63,875 nucleotides of DNA from a virus (taxonomy: Duplodnaviria > Caudoviricetes), in the IMG/VR virus record IMGVR_UViG_3300023278_002646, positions 1 through 63,875 of that record, one strand, 5' to 3'. The notes under the pieces are model-generated. The model searched no databases. It saw only the letters and a list, made by a program, of their open reading frames with translations, and was not told the DNA's origin. How positions within the stretch are numbered: the stretch's first letter is position 1; every line of letters starts with the position of its first letter. Below are positions 49,630 to 58,739 of this stretch, piece by piece. The position numbers were made by a program, and so were the translations under genes.

Positions 49630-50882
49630 AGTAAATCAGCAAGCAATGAATCTACCTCTTCTTCCAAGGCTCTTTGTTCCTCTTCATCAACTATACAGTT
49701 AATAAAATTAGAATATATAATCTCATCCGTAAAGTTCTCGCGGATGTAGTTCTTTAAGCCCTCAGCTTCATTACGATAGTGAGTTTCCTTTTCCAGGCAT
49801 TCTGTTAGGGCGCGCTTATAAGAGTTCTCGCGGGCGAAGGCCCACTTTGAATCAGCTTGGATTACTCCATTCCAAACAGCAGACTTTTGAACTTCATTTA
49901 CATCATAGTCAACTCTAACGATTCTTGGAACTTGCTTGCCTTTCTTGTTTGGTTTACAAATAAAGTCCATTTGACCAGACCAAGCTGTCGTAATAAGAGG
50001 CAAACCGTGATAAGCAGCTTCAAACAAAGGAAGCCCATATCCTTCGCCGTGACCAATATTAATCAAAGCTTTCATTGTAGGGTGCTCGTAGAGCCACGCT
50101 AGGTTCCCAGGAGAGACTTCACCATGGATTAGGTATACCGAGCACTTACGCTCGCCAAAAGCCTTTAGAAGAGATTCTAGACGCTTCTGTGTTAACTCTC
50201 GATCCATTACAGAATCAGACGCTGTATTTGTCTTTAATACAAGACCTACATCCTCCTCATTCCTGAACGTCTCAACAAACCACTTAACCGTGTTCTCTAG
50301 ATTCTTTCTAGGTCCCCACTGTGATATCGCAAGAAAGTTCTTGTCCGTCTTAAAGTCAATGTTAACTTCTTCTGGTTCAAACTCTCTAACCGGATAGTTG
50401 ACTGCTTCTATTGGAACTTGAAGTCCCCAGCCTTTGATCTCATTTCCGTTTTGATCCTTTACATCATAGGTTGTCTGTTCAAACACCTTCTTAGAGTGAT
50501 TTGATACAACAATCAGCTTATCTACATTATCGTTTGACTTTTGGATCCACTGTGGGGCTACTTTTGTTGTTTCAATGCCGGCAGTATATCCAATGTTTAC
50601 AGGAGCTATCTTTTCAAACTCGTTAGGTACTGTAACTTGTAAAGATATGTCAAACTGACCTTTTTGCTGTACGTGTACTTGTGTCTTAATGAGACACTCG
50701 TTGATAAAGTTAGTTTCTTCATCAATATTTGTTATCTGCCCGGTGCCTCCCCAAGCAATATTGACGATATAAATATCAAATAAATCTGGTCTTGAACGTA
50801 GTGAGCGCAGAGCAAATCGTGATTGCTCGCCATATCCGGATCGAGATAGGATTGGCCCTTTGATTAATACTTTCTTTAACAT
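49626..50882 (-). CDS. GT4-family glycosyltransferase
   Basis: SGYG, RKN, HGEGYGLPLFEAA...P.I.T.WSG..DF. Confidence 0.85.
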   Translation of the reverse strand: MLKKVLIKGPILSRSGYGEQSRFALRSLRSRPDLFDIYIVNIAWGGTGQITNIDEETNFINECLIKTQVHVQQKGQFDISLQVTVPNEFEKIAPVNIGYTAGIETTKVAPQWIQKSNDNVDKLIVVSNHSKKVFEQTTYDVKDQNGNEIKGWGLQVPIEAVNYPVREFEPEEVNIDFKTDKNFLAISQWGPRKNLENTVKWFVETFRNEEDVGLVLKTNTASDSVMDRELTQKRLESLLKAFGERKCSVYLIHGEVSPGNLAWLYEHPTMKALINIGHGEGYGLPLFEAAYHGLPLITTAWSGQMDFICKPNKKGKQVPRIVRVDYDVNEVQKSAVWNGVIQADSKWAFARENSYKRALTECLEKETHYRNEAEGLKNYIRENFTDEIIYSNFINCIVDEEEQRALEEEVDSLLADLL

Positions 50883-52132
50883 TAAAATACCCTCACTTCG
50901 TATGCATTGTAACCTTCACGGTCTTCCCAAGAACCCTTTTCTTCGTGGATTGAAGTAAACAACTCATCCCATCTTTGAACATACTTATCAAAGTTAAAAC
51001 GATCTTGTGTCCAGGCTCTTCCCTTGACGCCGAGTTCTGTTCTCTTCTCATCGCCCATCTCATATAGTTCAACCATAGCATTAACAAAATCATCTTTACT
51101 TAGACGATCTTCGTGAATAAATGGAACCTGCTGGGAGCCAATGATTGCCTTTGAAACCGGGTTCAATCCTATTCCAAAGAACTGTTCTCCGTCAGTTACT
51201 TGATCCTGTAATCCGCCCGTCATATTAACTAAGATAGGAGTTCCGCAAGATAGTGATTCTAACGTTGAAAGACCAAACCCTTCGGCATCAGAGATACACG
51301 CTGTTACATCCGCAATGTTATACATATGTGCTAGATCTCTCGCATTGACCTTTTCTCGCGAAAATAAAACTTGTCCTTCTGTTAATCCAAGTTCGTGAAT
51401 AATTGCTTCCAAGTCTTGTCCATGCTGATCCTTTACATCAGTATGCATAATCAAGCACGCATTCTCATGACCAACCTTATCTAAGAAGTCTTTAAACCAC
51501 CAGATTAAAGTGCCTGATTGTTTGCGGCGGGCATTTCTGCTATTCCAGAAACATACAAACTTATTATCTAGATTCTTTTGCTGTCTCCATTTAAGAATGT
51601 CGTCTTTTTCAAGAGGTTTAAAGATCTCGCCGTCAACTGCGTGAGGGATATAAGAAGAATCAACCTCTGGTGCTACTGTCTCGACAATATCGTGCGTAAG
51701 CTTTGATATACAAGCAACATGATCGTTGGATAGATAGAACTTACGGTTATAGGTAGGATAAGGATAGTTGTCCCAAACATGGTAATAAACCATTGGAACG
51801 TTGGCTCTAATTTCGTTCTCGATGTTCCAAAGCCATCCATAGAACCTAGGATCGGTCATAAACCACAGAATATCAGGCTTTTGCTGCTTGATCATTGCGC
51901 GGACCATATCTGGATTACCGTATCCATCAACAGGCCATATAACCCAATCTTCTCCCCACTCTTCAAGATGCTGAGGGTCGTGATTTGGGTGCTTTACGGC
52001 ACCACCAAAAGAAACAAACTGGTATTTACCAGTCTTAAGCATTCCTTCGATCATATATTTTGTTTGAGTTCCAACACCGCTTGGGGACAGTGGGTGGTCA
52101 CTGATAGTAAAGATCTTAATCTTCTCTGACAT
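50882..52132 (-). CDS. GT4-family glycosyltransferase
   Basis: SGVG, IPHAVD, RNARRK, AEGFGLSTLESLSCGTP...TGGL.DQV. Confidence 0.88.
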   Translation of the reverse strand: MSEKIKIFTISDHPLSPSGVGTQTKYMIEGMLKTGKYQFVSFGGAVKHPNHDPQHLEEWGEDWVIWPVDGYGNPDMVRAMIKQQKPDILWFMTDPRFYGWLWNIENEIRANVPMVYYHVWDNYPYPTYNRKFYLSNDHVACISKLTHDIVETVAPEVDSSYIPHAVDGEIFKPLEKDDILKWRQQKNLDNKFVCFWNSRNARRKQSGTLIWWFKDFLDKVGHENACLIMHTDVKDQHGQDLEAIIHELGLTEGQVLFSREKVNARDLAHMYNIADVTACISDAEGFGLSTLESLSCGTPILVNMTGGLQDQVTDGEQFFGIGLNPVSKAIIGSQQVPFIHEDRLSKDDFVNAMVELYEMGDEKRTELGVKGRAWTQDRFNFDKYVQRWDELFTSIHEEKGSWEDREGYNAYEVRVF

Positions 52133-52140
52133 TTAGTTTC

Positions 52141-52926
52141 CTATCTACAATGTTCTGTATTCCGGAGAGAACAGGGATACGGTTTCGAACAGTTCAGTCT
52201 ATTCTTGATTGTGAAACCAGTTTTAATATTGTATATCGCCTGATACAAAAGTTTAAGAGCATTTTCAGTTTTTTTAGATCCGCTAGTAACTCTAAAAATC
52301 TCAACTCTTTTACTTTTTGCTGTTCTCTTTAATAAAGCAAAGTGTGTTTCTACATCTTTGGGGTCTAACTTGTGCTTCTGGCAGAAGAAGTGCTTGTATA
52401 AAGTTAACTGGTATGTTACTAACTTCTCTGCTTTCTTTCTTGAATCCCAGCCCCAAGAGCAAGTCTTCCAATCAAAGATATGATATTTGTCTCCTACCTT
52501 CACTACCGCATCAACGAATCCTTTAAAGTTATAACCAAAGTTTTCTATCTCTTCATATAAGAGTTCTTCGGAAGAGTAAACCTCATAGTCGCCAAAGTAG
52601 TCGTCTAGTGCGTCTTCTACTTCTGCTAGGATTGCTGGTCCTGCTGTGCGCATCTGGACGATATTCTTATTGTTTACTTCAACATTCTTTTCAGCAAGTT
52701 TTTGTAGTTCTTGATCGAAGCCAATCTGGAATACTTTTTCTTCGTCAATGTTCTCGCGAAGAAGCTTCTTTTCACATACGTCGTGAATAGCAGTGCCGAA
52801 TGCGGTATATTCGTTGCCCTCAAATGAGGCAACCTTTTCGATCCAGTTCTTTTTGTGATAGTGGGGGCAGTGTGCCCAGTCTTTTAGTTCGGAATATGAG
52901 ATATGTGTTTTCTTATTATCGACCAT
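52141..52926 (-). CDS. PD-(D/E)XK nuclease, Cas4/RecB-like
   Basis: ISYSEL..W..CP, FGTAIH, KGFVDAV, IFDWKT, QL.LY, C-terminal Cys cluster (C..PYPC...HC). Confidence 0.85.
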   Translation of the reverse strand: MVDNKKTHISYSELKDWAHCPHYHKKNWIEKVASFEGNEYTAFGTAIHDVCEKKLLRENIDEEKVFQIGFDQELQKLAEKNVEVNNKNIVQMRTAGPAILAEVEDALDDYFGDYEVYSSEELLYEEIENFGYNFKGFVDAVVKVGDKYHIFDWKTCSWGWDSRKKAEKLVTYQLTLYKHFFCQKHKLDPKDVETHFALLKRTAKSKRVEIFRVTSGSKKTENALKLLYQAIYNIKTGFTIKNRLNCSKPYPCSLRNTEHCR

Positions 52927-53542
52927 TCAGGACTGCTTCGACTTTCTGGTATAGCACCGGGCTTATCTTTCTAAGATACTGTGGACTCTCTGTAAAGTAT
53001 TTCTCAAATCCGTTAGCAAAATACTCTTGAATAGAGGTTGCTCCATATGGTGAGCAAAATAGCCCCATTGTTATAGACAACAAAGTAGGATACCCAACTA
53101 CATCCGATAGAAAGTTATCAAATGCCTCGTTGTATTCTAAATATTCATATCTTCTCTGTGGCACTTGATCGAACCCAGCAGCATTAAGAAGATGATAAAG
53201 ACGCCTTCTCTTTCCAGCAAACTCGGCTACCAAACTATCATCATAAATAAAGTTAGGATCTACAGCCTCGGCAGCGTGAGCGGCTTCGTGAACAAAGTTC
53301 TCAATCATATCCTCGTTTGTAGGTTCATCTAACTTCATATAAATCGCACCATCGCTATAAGCAGCGTTGCGACCATCTAACTTTGGATTTTCCGAGATAT
53401 AACAAACATCAACATTTTGTAGAACTGCTCTCGGTAACAGTTCTTCTATTTGATTACAGAAAAGCGGAATATCAACTTGGGGTTCTGTTTCCCCAAATAC
53501 AAAAACAGGAATATTATGAATGTAATATTCTCTGTTAAACAT
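52916..53542 (-). CDS. Zincin-like metallopeptidase
   Basis: FVHEAAH (HExxH) and downstream Y...S..EYFA.GF..Y...P..L....P.LY as in lethal-factor-like zincins. Confidence 0.65.
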   Translation of the reverse strand: MFNREYYIHNIPVFVFGETEPQVDIPLFCNQIEELLPRAVLQNVDVCYISENPKLDGRNAAYSDGAIYMKLDEPTNEDMIENFVHEAAHAAEAVDPNFIYDDSLVAEFAGKRRRLYHLLNAAGFDQVPQRRYEYLEYNEAFDNFLSDVVGYPTLLSITMGLFCSPYGATSIQEYFANGFEKYFTESPQYLRKISPVLYQKVEAVLNGR

Positions 53543-53774
53543 TCTTCTTTTCCATCTGCTCTATATCATTTAGAGCCTGCTCATATCCTCGTAAAAAGTT
53601 CTCTTCGGCAACAGCCATCAAAAACTCTGGGAACTCTGCTGCGAAGACTTCAACAGCCATATGAACTGTGATCTCTTCTTCTGCTGCTGCTAGTCGTTCA
53701 CCAATATAGTTAACGACTAAATCTTTAAGTCCTGTTTGCGAACTTACAACTTCTCTTAACGCCTCGTTTTCCAT
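53535..53774 (-). CDS. Hypothetical protein
   Basis: 79 aa; EFPEF...AEENFLRGYEQAL.D; GAGG SD. Confidence 0.7.
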   Translation of the reverse strand: MENEALREVVSSQTGLKDLVVNYIGERLAAAEEEITVHMAVEVFAAEFPEFLMAVAEENFLRGYEQALNDIEQMEKKNV

Positions 53775-53783
53775 TTCTTAACC

Positions 53784-55103
53784 TCATAAGTTTTCTGCGG
53801 CGAAGGTAGCAACTCTTGAGCGTTCTCCCTTAAGTAAGGTTACGTGGGCTGCTAACTCAAAATTCTTAAACTTCTCAACAGCGTGAGTAAGTCCATTTGT
53901 CGTAGCATCGATGTAAACATTATCAATCTGTTCCACATCGCCCGTTAGCACAATCTTTGTTCCTTCACCAACTCTTGTAATGATAGTCTTTAATTCGTGA
54001 GTTGTCAAGTTTTGTGCCTCATCAATGATAATAAAAGCCTTTCCAATCGATCGACCTCGAATATAAGTGATGGCTTCAATCTCGATTGTGCCTTGTTCCA
54101 TATACATATCAAGAGTTACCTTATCATTCCCCATAAGAGTCTGTAAGTTGTCCTGAATAGGCATAAGCCAAGGAGACATCTTTTCTTCCATTGTTCCCGG
54201 CAAGAATCCAATGTCCTTTCCAAGCGGCTGTACCGGTCGAGAAACGATTACACGAGTGTAGGTGCTGCTACGGTCGTCTAAGGTCTGTTCAAGGGCAGCA
54301 GCAATCGCACAGAGCGTCTTACCGCTACCAGCCTTACCGATGGCTGTAACAACCTCAATGTCCGGGTCCATTAAAGCATCAATCAAGAAAGATTGCTCTT
54401 TGTTTCTTGGCTTGATTCCCCATACACCCTTCTTATCCTTGTGTAGTCTGCGAATGGGTGTGTGATCATTTAAATATCTACCTAATGCTGTCTTTTTCTC
54501 GTTTGCGTTTGAGATAAGCATTACATATTCATTTGTTTTAAGATTTACACCGTCAAGATAAACGTCTTCCTTCTCATAGAACTGATCTACGATTTCATCA
54601 TCTACTAGGATCTCTGTAAATCCAGTGTAAATGGAGTCGCTATCATCAACTATTTGCTGGTTTTGAAAATCTTCACAAGGCAATCCAATCGCGTCTGCAA
54701 TAACACGCATATTGATGTCGCGTGATACAAGGATTACTTGTCTTTCAGATTCTCTCGCTACTGTTCTTGCCGTAGCAATAATAAGATGATCTGGAATCTT
54801 AATATCCAAATCTGGTGGAAGATCATCTCTATCTATATCAGAAGCAGAAACAGATCGTATAAGTCCAAGACCTTCACGGATAAGGACTCCTTCCTTGAGA
54901 GAACCCTTATCACGGAGTTCATCCCAAATACGAATGATTTTTCTTGCCTGGGCACCAACTAAATCTTGGCGCTTCTTATGCTTATCAATCTCTTCAAATA
55001 CTTTTAAAGGAACATAAATGTCGTGGGTTTTAAAAGCGTATATTGCGTCTGCATTCGTTAGATAAACGCTAGTATCTAACACATATATTTTTTTAGGGCT
55101 CAT
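53784..55103 (-). CDS. phoH: PhoH-family ATPase with N-terminal PIN domain
   Basis: YVLDTSV (PIN), GKAGSGKT Walker A, IGFLPG, YIRGRS, IIDEAQN, LTGD.EQID. Confidence 0.93.
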   Translation of the reverse strand: MSPKKIYVLDTSVYLTNADAIYAFKTHDIYVPLKVFEEIDKHKKRQDLVGAQARKIIRIWDELRDKGSLKEGVLIREGLGLIRSVSASDIDRDDLPPDLDIKIPDHLIIATARTVARESERQVILVSRDINMRVIADAIGLPCEDFQNQQIVDDSDSIYTGFTEILVDDEIVDQFYEKEDVYLDGVNLKTNEYVMLISNANEKKTALGRYLNDHTPIRRLHKDKKGVWGIKPRNKEQSFLIDALMDPDIEVVTAIGKAGSGKTLCAIAAALEQTLDDRSSTYTRVIVSRPVQPLGKDIGFLPGTMEEKMSPWLMPIQDNLQTLMGNDKVTLDMYMEQGTIEIEAITYIRGRSIGKAFIIIDEAQNLTTHELKTIITRVGEGTKIVLTGDVEQIDNVYIDATTNGLTHAVEKFKNFELAAHVTLLKGERSRVATFAAENL

Positions 55104-55137
55104 AACGATCCAATCTGTAATAAGTAGAGTATGGCTT

Positions 55138-55653
55138 TTAATATTCTCCGGTTTTTGGTATATCGCCGGATTGAATCACCTGAACCAAAGTAGGTTGGGG
55201 GTCCTCATCATCGAAAAGAGATGGATCCATACCGGCGTCAGTGACTAGTGTTGAAGAACTTTGTATTTTTCCGCCTCCAACACTCCAAAGCATCTCGATA
55301 TCAAACTCATCACATACATCCATTTCTGGTGTATTGTTGGTTTTTCTATCACCGCCATTAGCAAAGTAATCCGGTTTAATACGACGAAGCGCTTCACAGA
55401 CAGTACCATCGGAATCATCTACATATGTGGTTTTTGCTGTGGCTGTAAACCCTTCGATGATTTCGCAGCGCTCCTCAAAAGGCATAAAGATATATCCCTT
55501 CTTTCTCATTAGCCAATCATCAGAGTTAACGATCACAGTGACGTGTCCAAACTTTGATGCTTCCTTAATCATACGAAGATGACCAATATGAACCGGGTCA
55601 AAGCCTCCTGAGACACATACTGTTGTATAAGGTGTTGGCTTTTCTTTACTCAT
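55138..55653 (-). CDS. HxGH cytidylyltransferase (TagD / RfaE domain II-like)
   Basis: SGGFDPVHIGH, VNSD, ER..II, FANGGDR, KIQSSS; likely start MSKEK at 55653. Confidence 0.88.
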   Translation of the reverse strand: MSKEKPTPYTTVCVSGGFDPVHIGHLRMIKEASKFGHVTVIVNSDDWLMRKKGYIFMPFEERCEIIEGFTATAKTTYVDDSDGTVCEALRRIKPDYFANGGDRKTNNTPEMDVCDEFDIEMLWSVGGGKIQSSSTLVTDAGMDPSLFDDEDPQPTLVQVIQSGDIPKTGEY

Positions 55654-55888
55654 CTTCTTGAGGACCGGTTGTTGAAAGAAAGTTTCTTTCAATAGCACTA
55701 ATTGCTTCCTCAGAGTCGGATAATCTTGTAATCGCCGTAGCAATCTCATTAACAATGCTTGGATGCTCGGCTACACCGGCTGGATTGTTTAGATAAAGTT
55801 CTATTACTGCGATAGACTCTTGTCTATCTGCTTCAAAACGAGCAAGTGCTGCTCTTATTAGTTGTTCAGCCATCATGTTATTCTTCAT
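55646..55888 (-). CDS. Conserved small phage protein
   Basis: YLNNPAGVAEHPSIVNEI motif; likely start MKNN at 55888 with GGAG SD. Confidence 0.7.
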   Translation of the reverse strand: MKNNMMAEQLIRAALARFEADRQESIAVIELYLNNPAGVAEHPSIVNEIATAITRLSDSEEAISAIERNFLSTTGPQEDE

Positions 55889-55889
55889 T

Positions 55890-56222
55890 TTAATACTCCT
55901 TCTTTTCGGCATACCCAGATTCTACTAGAAGTTCATTAACATTTTCATCTTTTAAATGAATGATTCCAATATATCGTCCGTATTTGCCTTTCTTGTCTTT
56001 TAATGTTTGTATGATTACATCTTTGTCAAGTATTAAAGATCTTAAATAATCTCTACTCTTTAAACCTTCTGGTCTTTGCTTTCCTCTTATTTCGGGAGCA
56101 TTGATACCGTGTAGTCTAATCTTTACTTTGTTTGTAATCTGGAATCCTAAATCTAAGATCGCAGTCACAGTATCTCCGTCATAAACAGAAATAATCTTTG
56201 CTTTGTAAAAATACGGTTTCAT
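55890..56222 (-). CDS. Thermonuclease (SNase-like)
   Basis: VYDGDT, IRLHGINAPE, KYGRYIG, VNELLV.SGYA. Confidence 0.92.
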   Translation of the reverse strand: MKPYFYKAKIISVYDGDTVTAILDLGFQITNKVKIRLHGINAPEIRGKQRPEGLKSRDYLRSLILDKDVIIQTLKDKKGKYGRYIGIIHLKDENVNELLVESGYAEKKEY

Positions 56223-56231
56223 AATATTGTA

Positions 56232-56319
56232 TGGCAGAGAGGGAGGGATTCGAACCCTCGGTAGCTTTCGCTACACTCACTTAGCAGGCGAGCACCATCG
56301 GCCTCTCGGTCACCTCTCT
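56232..56319 (-). tRNA. tRNA-Ser(GCT)
   Basis: AGAGAGG acceptor stem, CTCGC-CT GCT AA-GTGAG anticodon arm, long variable arm, TTCGAAT T-loop, G-CCA end. Confidence 0.93.
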
Positions 56320-56329
56320 AATGTTAATA

Positions 56330-56404
56330 TGGAGCGGGTGATGAGATTTGAACTCACGACCCTCGCCTTGGCAAGGCGATGCTCTACCACTGAGCTACAC
56401 CCGC
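56330..56404 (-). tRNA. tRNA-Gly(GCC)
   Basis: GCGGGTG...TCGCC TT GCC AA GGCGA...TTCAAAT...CACCCGC TCCA. Confidence 0.95.
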
Positions 56405-56421
56405 TTAGTGTATATAGTAAA

Positions 56422-56498
<77 letters not shown>

Positions 56499-56502
56499 AA
56501 TA

Positions 56503-56579
56503 TGGTGGGCGGCGAGAGATTCGAACTCCCGACCTGATGCGTGTAAAACAACTGCTCTAACCAACTGAGCTAGCCGCCC
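56503..56579 (-). tRNA. tRNA-Val(TAC)
   Basis: GGGCGGC...GTTGT TT TAC AC GCATC...TTCGAAT...GCCGCCC ACCA. Confidence 0.92.
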
Positions 56580-56584
56580 TAAAA

Positions 56585-56660
56585 TGGTGGAGATGATAGG
56601 AATCGAACCTACGACCTGATGCGTGCAAGGCAACTGCTCTCCCAACTGAGCTACATCCCC
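56585..56660 (-). tRNA. tRNA-Ala(TGC)
   Basis: GGGGATG/CATCTCC with G3:U70; GTTGC CT TGC AC GCATC; ACCA end. Confidence 0.94.
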
Positions 56661-56665
56661 AAAAG

Positions 56666-56731
<66 letters not shown>

Positions 56732-56741
<10 letters not shown>

Positions 56742-56944
56742 AGTTCTATCCATAATACTTTATATTGTAAGTAGTTTTCAGGACTACTAATCTTTACTGG
56801 TATTTTCTTACTACTAGTTTTCCAAGTTAACTTTTCAACCTCAATACTCATTGATAGTATAAACGGATCATTGGTATTAGGATAGTGAAAGTTATAGTGA
56901 CCAATCACAGAAGGATAAACTGTTGTTCCTTTTCTTACTATCAT
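56732..56944 (-). CDS. Hypothetical protein
   Basis: 70-aa ORF directly after the upstream stop; its last codons overlap the tRNA-Thr 5' end. Confidence 0.5.
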
Positions 56945-57262
56945 TTAGTTGTTCTCATCTCTGTCGAATGTGTCGATATAAGTAATAATGGTAAATAAGT
57001 TGTTCCACTGTAATGGAACAGCCTTTCTTAACCTAGAAGCATCTTCTATTAGATCAGGATATACATATAAAGTTAAGCCATGTGTTCCATTTTTAACTTC
57101 ATACAAGGCATAATCTCCAAATTCTGTTTGTGCTTTTAACAATAATATTTCTTTTTGGCTTTTAGATAGTTTTTTAATCTTTGTCAACGTTCTTCTTTCG
57201 TCTAGTTTTTTTATGAAGCTTTTCAAATAAAAGCTTTTTCCAAAGTGTACCTTCAACTTCAT
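56945..57262 (-). CDS. Hypothetical protein (true start probably TTG near 57187)
   Basis: Fills the gap on the coding strand; the 5' part overlaps the next ORF. Confidence 0.5.
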   Translation of the reverse strand: MKLKVHFGKSFYLKSFIKKLDERRTLTKIKKLSKSQKEILLLKAQTEFGDYALYEVKNGTHGLTLYVYPDLIEDASRLRKAVPLQWNNLFTIITYIDTFDRDENN

Positions 57263-57374
57263 CTTCCGGCATATTAAGAGAATATAGACCAGCTAGAATA
57301 AGACGAATCTCTCGGTTTGATAGATAAACTGTTTTTAAGAAAGCAGGAATCTTTTTTTCTTTATGTTCAGACAC
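57174..57374 (-). CDS. Hypothetical basic protein
   Basis: 66 aa; GTG start preceded by a strong AGGAGG SD. Confidence 0.65.
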   Translation of the reverse strand: MSEHKEKKIPAFLKTVYLSNREIRLILAGLYSLNMPEDEVEGTLWKKLLFEKLHKKTRRKKNVDKD

Positions 57375-57451
57375 ATTATGTCCTCCTGTTATAACTTATA
57401 TAGTTTATTTTCTTTGTTACTTTCAGTAATCATTATACAAGATATAATATA

Positions 57452-57997
57452 TTAGTCAAGTTGTTTTTTAAGATAAATAACAGATTTTGAAGAATATCCA
57501 TTAATATAAGTATCTTGACCATATTCTGGCTCTTCAACAACCAAATACATCTCTAATGGAGGGCTATTTTCAGGTCTCCACTGAAACTCTAGGACTCTTT
57601 CCTCATTATACCAGAACCAATCAAACTCGTCATTCTTGATGCGATCAAAAGCATTTATACATCCAAACTGATTGTTAGTAATAATAGGAAGAATACTATC
57701 ATATAAAGAATGTCCAGAGTATAGGTTTAAGTTTTCTCCACATACTTTAACTCTTTCATCAGCATTCTCAGGATATTGTACTGATAAAGAAAAGAAATCT
57801 GCTTCTATAATCTCGGACGTTATATCGTGAGCATAACAATAGACTATTGTACCTGAGTCGTTGGAATCGTTGGGTGTTCCATCATCCCACAAACAGGACA
57901 TTGGAAACATATACTCACCATAATCTATTTGTGGAGGCTCCTCTTCAGTAAGGGAACAGGCAGATAATAAAAAGATTAATACTAGTAATCTATACAC
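57452..57997 (-). CDS. Putative lipoprotein
   Basis: MYRLLVLIFLLSAC: positive residue, hydrophobic stretch and LSAC lipobox; acidic mature domain. Confidence 0.7.
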   Translation of the reverse strand: MYRLLVLIFLLSACSLTEEEPPQIDYGEYMFPMSCLWDDGTPNDSNDSGTIVYCYAHDITSEIIEADFFSLSVQYPENADERVKVCGENLNLYSGHSLYDSILPIITNNQFGCINAFDRIKNDEFDWFWYNEERVLEFQWRPENSPPLEMYLVVEEPEYGQDTYINGYSSKSVIYLKKQLD

Positions 57998-58046
57998 TCT
58001 ATAATAACTATATTACTAATAATAATAAAACTTAAATAATATATTT

Positions 58047-58360
58047 TGGTGGAGATGGTGGGAATCGAACCCACGTCCAAAGTATCTTCATTTTCAAGTC
58101 ATTCACAGGTTTAGTTTATTTTTCTAAATAAACAAAATATCAGTTCTGATTAGATCCGCTCAGATAAGTAAAAGCGTTTTTGTTTTGTTTGTTCTTCTTG
58201 GACACCCGGCGAAGAACAACCGGGGGTTAAGCAGCTAGTGCTAGACCGTAATCTGCTTCGTTTGCAGTTATATGTTTCTAACTAATATTTTATGTGATTG
58301 AGTTAGCTTTCACAACCTGCACTATCCAGTTTATTTACCCTGTCGAAACCGGTCATCCCC
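58047..58360 (-). ncRNA. ssrA: tmRNA (SsrA), tag (A)ANEADYGLALAA
   Basis: 5' GGGGATGACCGGTTTCGACA; 3' GACGTGGGTTCGATTCCCACCATCTCCACCA with G3:U70; tag ORF GCA AAC GAA GCA GAT TAC GGT CTA GCA CTA GCT GCT TAA at 58265..58227, preceded by ATAACT. Confidence 0.95.
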
Positions 58361-58397
58361 TTTTAAATATTTTCCTTGACAGATTAAAAGAAATAGT

Positions 58398-58736
58398 TTA
58401 TTCTTTGTTTGTGTCGAACTTCCTTTTTATCTCTAACCAAGAACTAGCATTGATCCCTAATATTCTTCTAATCTCAACATTAGTGTCGGTAATGCTAATA
58501 ACAGCATTATACAATGCTTCTTTAAGAATATTAACTGAGTTAGACCAAAGATTAAATCCATACAACTTACCATTTGTAAGTCGCATAGAACATTCTAACT
58601 TTAATCCTATAATCTCTTCCAGAGTTAAAGCAGACAACATTACTTCAAACGGTTCAGAAGACTTTCCTTCTTTACGAAGTGTGTTAGATAATGATTTGTT
58701 TCTGCTAAAACCCTTTTCAATATTAGGGTTTGCCAT
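58398..58736 (-). CDS. Hypothetical protein (possible C-terminal HTH)
   Basis: 112 aa; LTLEEIIGLKLE, GKLYG, RRILGIN. Confidence 0.65.
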   Translation of the reverse strand: MANPNIEKGFSRNKSLSNTLRKEGKSSEPFEVMLSALTLEEIIGLKLECSMRLTNGKLYGFNLWSNSVNILKEALYNAVISITDTNVEIRRILGINASSWLEIKRKFDTNKE

Positions 58737-58739
58737 ATA

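Larger units (their letters stand above)
33943..52132 (-). other. Phage glycan biosynthesis/modification island (19 genes)
   Basis: Contiguous, mostly overlapping or coupled genes for sugar synthesis, activation, modification and transfer. Confidence 0.85.

Noticed and set aside
33943-52132. Bacterial capsule/O-antigen locus (host chromosome or prophage boundary)
   Set aside because: Co-oriented and tightly joined with phage genes on both sides; no exporter, integrase or att-like boundary seen. A misassembly cannot be fully excluded without reads.
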